Assembly (NCBI GenBank): GCA_027317865.1
Contig: DAHVQG010000004.1
Span: 64,001-128,000 of the forward strand
Length of the DNA: 64,000 nucleotides
Reading direction: 5' to 3'
Origin: Bdellovibrionales bacterium
GTDB taxonomy: Bacteria > Bdellovibrionota > Bdellovibrionia > Bdellovibrionales > UBA1609
Part shown: piece by piece, positions 56,926-64,000 of the stretch
Layout of the letters: the number at the start of each line of letters is the position of its first letter
Numbering within the stretch: the first letter of the stretch is position 1
Program-made: the position numbers and the translations under genes
Notes under the pieces: generated by a model
Seen by the model: only the letters and a program-made list of their open reading frames with translations
What the model was told of the DNA's origin: nothing
The model's database searches: none

Positions 56926-59388
56926 TCAACGGCTCCGCTTTTTCATCGTGACACCGTCGGCGACCAACTCGTTCTGCTGTTTAACCGCAATCAATTTACC
57001 GTCTCGCATGTGTGGATATTCCATTCGCTGGTGATACATCGCGAGCAAAATTTGCTTGAACGTATCTTTGATCGTCGCTAAGTCACGTATCGACAGGTTA
57101 CATTCATCGAGTTGACCATCCATAAACCGGCTCTCGATAATGTTTTCAACAATGGAATTCAATCGGCTCTGCGTCGGCTCGTCGAGCGCACGTGCCGTGG
57201 CTTCAATGCCGTCAGCCAGCATGACGAGCGCCGCTTCTTTAAATTGAGGCTTTGGCCCCGGATAACGAAAATCGCTTTCTTCAACAGTGCCCGTTGTATT
57301 TTCGTTTTGATCTTCGAGGGCACGGTTATAAAAATACGAAATGAGTGTTGTCCCGTGGTGCTGTAAAATTCCATCCACAATCGGCTTGCCGAGTTTATGT
57401 GCAATTGCCATTTCGGCTCCGTCTTTTACATGAGCAACGAGAATTGTTTTGCTCATGTGCGGAGACACTTGATCATGCGGGTTATGGCCCGGCCTTTGGT
57501 TTTCGACGAAATACTGCGCGTGCTCCATCTTGCCGATGTCGTGATAGAAGGCCATGACTTTGGCAAGTAGCGGATTGGCACCAATTTCTTTGGCGGCCGC
57601 GTCCACCATATTGCCAACATTCATGGCGTGATGATAAGTCCCCGGCGCTTTCATCATAAGCTCTTGCATGATGGGATGATTGAGATTTCCGAGTTCAAGC
57701 AATTTGATGTCGGTTGTTACATTAAAAAGCGATTCTAAGAGCGGCAAAAATGTCATGGCGACGAACGACGATAGCACTCCGCCACAAAAGCCCGCAGCTC
57801 CGCAAATACCCGCCCCCCAAAAAACGTGTTTGTTGGCCATCTCTTGCATCGTGAAAATAAGGAGCGATGACAGCGCACCAACTAAACCCGTACGCAGGCC
57901 AGCCATATAAATGTCGTTGCGCTTTTTGCAGCCAAACACGCCTTGCGCCGCCGCGATACCGCTGATCAACGTGACCAGAAAAACTCCCAAGTTGAGATCT
58001 AACATGACGGCTAAAACCGTCGAGAGAAACACAGTAAAAATCCATACGATTTCAGTCGAATTAACGAGTAGACCCACAAGCATCGGACCGGCTACTGCGG
58101 GAGCGGCAACCTGAAAAGCAAAGTCCGGAATTTTACTGAATCGATCGGCCAGACTGGCATCCATAACGTACAGAAACAAGCGGGCCAAAATGACAACCAA
58201 AACCGTCACGACACCCATGATCAGAATGTCTTTGGATTCAATCTTAATTTTATCTCGCGAATACCGGCGCAAAAAGGATATAAATGTAATTGTCAATAAG
58301 ACGAACAAAAGTGCGGAGAAAAGCGCTAGAAAATCGACCCTGCGGGCGGCTTCTTTGCTACGAATTGCATTCAAAATCGATAAATGGACCGGATCGATAG
58401 TCGTGCCCTTGCTCACCACGACTTGATTTTTCTTAATTGAAATTTGAACCGGCAGGACGCTATCCCACGCCTTTTTTTGACGTTCTTCGAAATCTTGTTT
58501 GTTGAGCGTGAGGTTCGGTAACAAAAGGCTATGCGCAAGAAGTGTTACGTTGTATCTCGACTGCTCGTTCAATTCCGCAAAACCGCGCACGCCGTCGAGA
58601 GGGAATTGCGTCATGTCTTGCATATTTTTGATGGCATCCATTTTCATGAGCATTTCATGGCCGTTGCCATTTGGGGTCAGTTCGCGAATAATCACCTGCC
58701 GATCCGAATTTCGAAGGGTCGGGTCCACAATATCGGCTATCTTTTCGTTCGCCCATTGCGACACAACACGGATCAATATGTTTTCAATCTCAACGTTAAA
58801 TCTCTGTTCAACCAACCACTCGAAAATATGAGTGGGCACTTTCACCTGGAGTGCATTCATAAATTCAGGCTTGAAGCGCATAAATTTTCTGACCTTCATG
58901 GCCCGTGCAAAATCTGAGCGCGGCCAATACGTCTGATCCACTCGAATCCGCATAATCCGAAACGCTTTGTATATACGGTTATAAACTGGGTCATAAGCGT
59001 CGTATTGATAATCAAATAAAACCGGTTGTGATTTCTCGGCCGCCAGCCGCTTTTCTTCAGTGGCGGCTTGGTCTACGATTGTGACGTTCATCGGAGACCG
59101 AATGTCCGTCTTTGCTACGTCACCGACTGAAAAATGTCCGATGGTTTGAAAATCACTGAACATCAAAAGTGAGAGCGCCAGCGCGAATAAAAAAAACAAA
59201 AGAACACGCCGGAGATCAAATTTTCGATCGAGGTAGTAGGCTAAGCGTCCTAAAAAGCTCTTTTCAAAACCAAGCTGATTGACCCAATTCAAAAAATGCA
59301 ACGACGGATCAACGTATTGTGTGCGAAGCCGAACTTCTTCGGCTGATGCCCGTGATTTTTTCGAACCGCGCCCTTCCAAAAACGACAT
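56926..59388 (-). CDS. 7TM-HD family membrane phosphohydrolase (PgpH-like)
   Basis: Extracytoplasmic domain, multiple TMs, APGTYHH, YHDIGK, YFVENQ, HHGT, FRYPGPKP, LAD..EA. Confidence 0.92.
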   Translation of the reverse strand: MSFLEGRGSKKSRASAEEVRLRTQYVDPSLHFLNWVNQLGFEKSFLGRLAYYLDRKFDLRRVLLFFLFALALSLLMFSDFQTIGHFSVGDVAKTDIRSPMNVTIVDQAATEEKRLAAEKSQPVLFDYQYDAYDPVYNRIYKAFRIMRIRVDQTYWPRSDFARAMKVRKFMRFKPEFMNALQVKVPTHIFEWLVEQRFNVEIENILIRVVSQWANEKIADIVDPTLRNSDRQVIIRELTPNGNGHEMLMKMDAIKNMQDMTQFPLDGVRGFAELNEQSRYNVTLLAHSLLLPNLTLNKQDFEERQKKAWDSVLPVQISIKKNQVVVSKGTTIDPVHLSILNAIRSKEAARRVDFLALFSALLFVLLTITFISFLRRYSRDKIKIESKDILIMGVVTVLVVILARLFLYVMDASLADRFSKIPDFAFQVAAPAVAGPMLVGLLVNSTEIVWIFTVFLSTVLAVMLDLNLGVFLVTLISGIAAAQGVFGCKKRNDIYMAGLRTGLVGALSSLLIFTMQEMANKHVFWGAGICGAAGFCGGVLSSFVAMTFLPLLESLFNVTTDIKLLELGNLNHPIMQELMMKAPGTYHHAMNVGNMVDAAAKEIGANPLLAKVMAFYHDIGKMEHAQYFVENQRPGHNPHDQVSPHMSKTILVAHVKDGAEMAIAHKLGKPIVDGILQHHGTTLISYFYNRALEDQNENTTGTVEESDFRYPGPKPQFKEAALVMLADGIEATARALDEPTQSRLNSIVENIIESRFMDGQLDECNLSIRDLATIKDTFKQILLAMYHQRMEYPHMRDGKLIAVKQQNELVADGVTMKKRSR

Positions 59389-59517
59389 TGAGTTAACAAT
59401 CCTCCAGAGTCTTTATCGGATTTTAAACCATTTAACCGTATAATCTCGTAGATTTAGTTGATGATTGGACATTTGTCGAATAAGTGAATTTGATATCAAA
59501 CGCACCTGGAGGTAAAA

Positions 59518-60348
59518 ATGCCTGTTGCGCCTAAAAACACTCGATCTTTTGCGTCCTTAGTCGAGGTTGTCGCTGCGTTGCGCGGACCTGATGGCTGCCC
59601 CTGGGATAAAGAACAAACTCATTCGACACTGACTCAATACGCGATTGAAGAAGCATTCGAGTTAGCCGAAGCCATTGATAGCGGCGACCAAAAGGCGATT
59701 ATCGAAGAGCTCGGCGATTTGCTTTTACAAGTTGTTTTGCACTCTGAAATCGCCCGGCAAAACGGGTCATTCACTCTCGACGACGTCATACAGAGCATTA
59801 CTGAAAAAATGATCCGGCGTCACCCGCACGTATTTGGCGACATGAAAGTTTCAGGGAGCTCCGACGTTCTCAAGAATTGGATCAAAATTAAAGATCAAGA
59901 AAAGGCGGGCACAAACCGCACAGAAATGGTAACGACCGGCCTCGGATCAATTCCGGTTAACATGCCGGCTTTAATTCGCGCGCAAAAAATCGGCGACAAG
60001 ACAGTTCGACGCGGTTTTGATTGGTCCACCCCCGCTGAAGTTTTTAATAAAGTCGAAGAAGAAATTAACGAACTTCGGCACGCAATCGAAGTCCACGATG
60101 TAATAAACGAGCAAGAAGAATTAGGTGACGTATTGTTCACCGTTGTGCAACTTGCGCGTCATTTGAATTTCGATGCCGAGCAAGCGTTACGCCAATCGAA
60201 TCGTAAATTTGAATCGCGTTTTCAAAAAATGTGCGAATTGATTCATCAAGACGGTAAGAACTTTTCTGATTTATCGGTCGACGAACTTGAGAACTACTGG
60301 AAAAGCGCAAAAGATCAATTGGGGCGCCTATTGACTCCGATCAAGTAA
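59518..60348 (+). CDS. mazG: Nucleoside triphosphate pyrophosphohydrolase MazG
   Basis: LRGPDGCPWDKEQT, EELGDLLLQ, KMIRRHPHVF, GFDW, second EELGD. Confidence 0.95.
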   Translation: MPVAPKNTRSFASLVEVVAALRGPDGCPWDKEQTHSTLTQYAIEEAFELAEAIDSGDQKAIIEELGDLLLQVVLHSEIARQNGSFTLDDVIQSITEKMIRRHPHVFGDMKVSGSSDVLKNWIKIKDQEKAGTNRTEMVTTGLGSIPVNMPALIRAQKIGDKTVRRGFDWSTPAEVFNKVEEEINELRHAIEVHDVINEQEELGDVLFTVVQLARHLNFDAEQALRQSNRKFESRFQKMCELIHQDGKNFSDLSVDELENYWKSAKDQLGRLLTPIK

Positions 60349-60911
60349 ATTTCGAAACTTTCTTTTCTAACACCCTTGGGTCGAAAAAGATGGTGGGATT
60401 GAAACCGCGACTTTGTTGCTAATTCGACTTGCTTGGCACCGCCCCCCATGAACAATTTCATGACGACGTGCCCGCCCGGGCGAAGAAGCTCATCGGTCAA
60501 TTCCAAAACTTTCATGCATAGTTCTTCGGAACGCGTTTGATCCGTAATTGCGCTACCCGTTGTTTGCGGAGCCATGTCGCTCAATATGACGTCATACGGA
60601 GCTTCAATGAACTGTTCTTTTGGAGTTGTAAAAATGTCGCTCACCAAAAATTGCGCGTTATTCGCTCGCAAACCCGCTGCTGACAAATCCACCGGTTTTA
60701 GATCAATGCCACGAAGAAATCCTTTAGGTCCCAAAATTTTCAGTGCAACTTGACTCCACGAGCCAGGCGCGCAGCCCAAATCTAACACCTTCGCGCCGAC
60801 ACGGATGACGCGCCAACGCTTCTGAATTTCATCGAGCTTATAGGCGGACCGCGCCAAATAGCCCTCTTTTTTAGCCATCTTAAAATAATGATCTTGCGGA
60901 TTGTACGCCAT
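60315..60911 (-). CDS. rlmE: 23S rRNA 2'-O-methyltransferase RlmE/FtsJ
   Basis: RSAYKL, LDLGCAPGSWSQ, SDMAP, K, SFEIY. Confidence 0.93.
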   Translation of the reverse strand: MAYNPQDHYFKMAKKEGYLARSAYKLDEIQKRWRVIRVGAKVLDLGCAPGSWSQVALKILGPKGFLRGIDLKPVDLSAAGLRANNAQFLVSDIFTTPKEQFIEAPYDVILSDMAPQTTGSAITDQTRSEELCMKVLELTDELLRPGGHVVMKLFMGGGAKQVELATKSRFQSHHLFRPKGVRKESFEIYLIGVNRRPN

Positions 60912-60995
60912 TGTGATTTTAAATCCCAACTTCACAAGCAATTAAGGAGCACGTGAGCCGTGAACTCACATAGCTCACGCTCGAAGGAGCCCTGT

Positions 60996-62204
60996 ATGCC
61001 CACTCGAATTCTTATTTCTATTTGTATCGTGACCTCGTTCGCGACTCAAGCGCGAGCATGGGGTGAACGCGGACATTTTATCATTGGTTACACTGCCGCA
61101 CGCTTGTTCGAAACGCAACCCACACCCGTAGAACAAAAAAAATTGGGGATATTTTTTACGAGCCGTACCCTAATGCTCGGGCTACTCTCACAAATTCCCG
61201 ATATAGAATGGAAAGACCCTCGCTACCCTCAAATTGTAAAAGAAAACGACCCCTGCCATTACTTCGATACCGAATACGTGTTGGGGTTACCGAAAAATCT
61301 ACGCTCTTATCTTACTAAAATTCGCAATCTCCAACCTAATTTACCCAAATTCGTAAAAGAATATATCGGTAAACCCAGCCGGGTAAATCCGTCGAAGACC
61401 ATAACTTTTTCAAGCCTCGGGAGCGCACCCTTTCGCACTCAGCAACTGTTTCAAATGATGGTCTCGGCATTTCGTTGCGCAAGCTCCAAAAAACCTTTAA
61501 CAGCCAAACAACGTCGATGGGCGGCATTGCACTTTCGCAACCCACTTAGGAGCGGATATTACAAATGCTCGAAAAATTCCTCTCGGCTTGAAGATTTAGC
61601 CGCCGCAATTGAAATTGGCGGCGTCATGTCGCATTTTATCGGTGATTTAACACAACCTTTTCACGTCACAGCTGATTACAACGGATGGGGCACTGGCCAT
61701 GGCGGAATCCATGCCTATTTTGAAAGTAATGTTTTACACTATCTCGACGAGAACCTCGGGGCCGATGTGCTTCGCGACGCAGAAAATCCCGCACGCCAGC
61801 GGCAAATTATGAAACAGTTGAGACTTACAAAGTTTTCTGGAGTGCCCATTCCAACAATTATGTTTCATTTGATTGCCGACTCTTATTCAAAACGCCAAGA
61901 ATTTTTGGATGCCGACAGCCGTTCCGCACTTTTAAAACCAAGCACAATTTGCCGGGTCGGTTACAGATGTCCGCCTCATTCTCATTTAGCGGTACGGCGT
62001 GATTTTCGAAACCCTAAAGTTCAAGCCGCGTTTCGCCCAATCATTGTTGAACGGCTTACGGTTGCCGCGTACGTGGTTTATAAAATTTGGCATTTGGCGT
62101 GGGTTGAAGGGGGCAGGCCAGATGTTCACAACATAAAATCTTACGCTATGCCATACCCGCTCAAAGTGCCGTTTATCCGCCTGTCACCGCTCTTAAAAAA
62201 ATAA
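60996..62204 (+). CDS. Exported S1/P1 nuclease or zinc-dependent phospholipase C fold protein
   Basis: Signal peptide ending ARA followed by mature WG..GH; HYFD; HFIGDLTQPFH; HAYFE. Confidence 0.8.
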   Translation: MPTRILISICIVTSFATQARAWGERGHFIIGYTAARLFETQPTPVEQKKLGIFFTSRTLMLGLLSQIPDIEWKDPRYPQIVKENDPCHYFDTEYVLGLPKNLRSYLTKIRNLQPNLPKFVKEYIGKPSRVNPSKTITFSSLGSAPFRTQQLFQMMVSAFRCASSKKPLTAKQRRWAALHFRNPLRSGYYKCSKNSSRLEDLAAAIEIGGVMSHFIGDLTQPFHVTADYNGWGTGHGGIHAYFESNVLHYLDENLGADVLRDAENPARQRQIMKQLRLTKFSGVPIPTIMFHLIADSYSKRQEFLDADSRSALLKPSTICRVGYRCPPHSHLAVRRDFRNPKVQAAFRPIIVERLTVAAYVVYKIWHLAWVEGGRPDVHNIKSYAMPYPLKVPFIRLSPLLKK

Positions 62205-62226
62205 TTGCGCAGAAGAATACTGCACG

Positions 62227-62859
62227 TCAGGCGGCGATCCACATTTCCAAATTTTTTTCATCATTTATGCTCTGGAGCGGCAAAATACAAAGCCGGTGTC
62301 GCTCGTTCATTGGTTGGTCGGCAATTAGACAGCACATCAACTCAATTTGCTGTTTACTGTTGGGCTTTGCAATCCGAACTTTGAAGTGCCCGGCAACCCA
62401 CTCAGGCACATTTTCATCGAGATTCATCCCCCCGACCGAAATATCTTTCGTGAAGGTTCGAAAAATACGGCTGCCTGATAGAATTGTAATCTGCATTCTC
62501 TTTTTATACCGTTTTTTATTACGGACGACGAAATCAGATGTCAGGACGGCAATAGCTTCGTTAGTTGCCGTTTGTCGAAACTGCGGTTCATCTAACGGCG
62601 CCAACGACGACTCTTCTGTTCCTTTGGGAGGGGGCGGCGGAGAAACCGACGGCACACGATAAATCATCTCGGTTAACCCATCGACCTGATTGACGGGTCT
62701 CCAGTCCGGCCATTCGTCTTTCCATGCAAACCAATTTTCAAGTTGTGAAGTATCTAAATTTGAAATAAACGCGCGAGCTTCGTCAAACAAGAGACCCTCT
62801 ATAATTCGGCCATCAAGCTTTCGGAACAAACACCATAAATGAGGTTTTCTTTCAGACAT
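62227..62859 (-). CDS. GYF_2(DUF4339)-like plus PilZ domain protein
   Basis: W...W..W N-domain, poly-Pro linker, RxxxR (RNKKR) and DxSxxG (DISVGG). Confidence 0.8.
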   Translation of the reverse strand: MSERKPHLWCLFRKLDGRIIEGLLFDEARAFISNLDTSQLENWFAWKDEWPDWRPVNQVDGLTEMIYRVPSVSPPPPPKGTEESSLAPLDEPQFRQTATNEAIAVLTSDFVVRNKKRYKKRMQITILSGSRIFRTFTKDISVGGMNLDENVPEWVAGHFKVRIAKPNSKQQIELMCCLIADQPMNERHRLCILPLQSINDEKNLEMWIAA

Positions 62860-62874
62860 TTCGCTCTCACTTAT

Positions 62875-63795
62875 TCAAAAACACGACCGAGACACATACC
62901 CACGCTTGCTCCCGACCTGAACCTCAACCCAGCCGTTAATCACTTGATAAAGTGCGTAGCGGTGCCCTCTATAAATTTCACCGATTTTATTGGCACCACC
63001 GTCAGCCTGCGCCAGCACATCGCAGTTATACTTTGGTGCGCGCGCAATGACTTCTGTGGGAATTGAACTGACTTGCCGTTGTATTTGATTTCGCGCCGTC
63101 CGCATTTTGTTTTTTGCTTCATCCGCACGAAATGCTTTTTCACGCAACACTCGAAGCTGGTCATTTAGCACCTTTTGCTTGCGCCTCAATTGGATGATGT
63201 CTCTGGCGATTGCTTCGGTTTGCACTTTGTCCTGCTCAACCGTATTTTGAAGTTTCAAATTTTCACTTCTCTGCTGCGCAAGCTTTTGCGCGAGGTTTGT
63301 CTTCTGTGTCTTAGCCATCTGCAATTCGGAATTTGTGATTTTAAGTCTCGTCTTCGTCGCAGAGACCTTTGCCTCAATCTCAGCAACCCATTTCTTTGAG
63401 ACTTCTATTTGATGCTTGTAGAGACGCTCCATTCTTCGCTCTTGTGCGATTTGCCGGTCATAAATGCCGATCTGCCGCTTAGCAATGGCTTGCTTGATTT
63501 TAGCTTCATGTATTTGACGTATAGCCTGTAGGCGTAACTTTTCTTCGGCGAGCTTTTCTTCATGGTCTTGGCGTCGAAGTTGTGCGGCTTCCGTTCGCGC
63601 CTGAATAGAATTAGAAATCACGGAATCGACGTCACTCTCGACATCGTTGACGCTTTCAGCATGAGCCCGCTCAATACAAAAGCCGGTCACCGCTTCACCG
63701 GACAAAAGTGGAGATGTGAAGCCCGCAAAAACTAACCCGACTAATAGCAATAGCGCTCGAACAAGTTGATGTTTAGACGGCAATCCAATCTTCAT
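62875..63795 (-). CDS. Exported coiled-coil protein with C-terminal SH3b-like domain
   Basis: N-terminal hydrophobic segment, long heptad-rich region, ends IG.I..G.......NGW..V....RGYV. Confidence 0.75.
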   Translation of the reverse strand: MKIGLPSKHQLVRALLLLVGLVFAGFTSPLLSGEAVTGFCIERAHAESVNDVESDVDSVISNSIQARTEAAQLRRQDHEEKLAEEKLRLQAIRQIHEAKIKQAIAKRQIGIYDRQIAQERRMERLYKHQIEVSKKWVAEIEAKVSATKTRLKITNSELQMAKTQKTNLAQKLAQQRSENLKLQNTVEQDKVQTEAIARDIIQLRRKQKVLNDQLRVLREKAFRADEAKNKMRTARNQIQRQVSSIPTEVIARAPKYNCDVLAQADGGANKIGEIYRGHRYALYQVINGWVEVQVGSKRGYVSRSCF

Positions 63796-63811
63796 AGTTC
63801 ACTCCAACTTC

Positions 63812-63838
63812 ATATCGGCAGTTTCATTTAAATGTATA
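63812..63838 (-). promoter_or_regulatory. Candidate sigma-28 (FliA) promoter for 62875..63795
   Basis: Minus strand TATA-N15-GCCGATAT versus consensus TAAA-N15-GCCGATAA, just upstream of the RBS. Confidence 0.5.
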
Positions 63839-63951
63839 AATTTCAGGACCATACCCATTTTAGCACCTGCATCAATGTGTAGTTCCAGATTGGAGTTAAC
63901 TTTATCTGCAATATAAAAGGAGCTGATGGCAAATTTGCGCGGCCTAGACTT

Positions 63952-63967
63952 TGGCATAGGGATTGCT
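63952..63967 (+). promoter_or_regulatory. Candidate sigma-54 promoter for a gene beyond the window end
   Basis: TGGCAT-AGGGA-TTGCT: GG-N10-GC spacing matches the -24/-12 consensus, in an intergenic region. Confidence 0.65.
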
Positions 63968-64000
63968 ACATGTTCTAAGCATCCCCCCTTGGCGGCCTGG

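Noticed and set aside
59413-59439. Possible sigma-28 promoter (TCCGATAA) upstream of the 7TM-HD gene
   Set aside because: No TAAA-like -35 at the 15-nt spacing; too weak to call
1-64000. CRISPR arrays, IS elements, rRNA
   Set aside because: No regularly spaced repeats, transposase or integrase ORFs, or rRNA-like sequence seen; the window is almost fully covered by CDSs

Overview
A 64 kb bacterial chromosomal segment, most likely from a Bdellovibrionota-like predator. This is inferred from the gene set (pilB-pilT-pilC-pilS-pilR, a GYF-PilZ protein, a DUF3108-like lipoprotein, and a prfB-lolC/E-lolD-bamA-skp-fabZ-lpxA-gnnA-lpxB-lpxK cluster), not from a marker-gene search. Positions 26-64 kb are mostly core functions: type IV pili, two-component systems, LPS/lipid A and outer-membrane biogenesis, prfB with its programmed frameshift, ybeY, a 7TM-HD phosphodiesterase, mazG and rlmE. 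The outstanding feature is a tightly coupled 17.8 kb, nine-gene minus-strand operon (7793-25613) just downstream of tRNA-Arg(CCT). Every protein in it has an apparent signal peptide, yet the recognisable domains are mostly cytoplasmic-type nucleotide/ATP enzymes: two tandem SLOG/LOG proteins, a PRPP synthetase with a duplicated N-domain, a nucleotidyltransferase, an EEP nuclease, a triple-AAA+ ClpB-like ATPase fused to an FtsH-type M41 protease, and three paralogs of an unassigned 'GRD' family. All nine carry a C-x-x-[LIV]-[LI] motif at one end of the mature chain. I propose, as inference, a cassette of tagged exported effectors that act in an ATP-containing compartment such as prey cytoplasm. 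All calls come from reading motifs by eye; no database searches were run.
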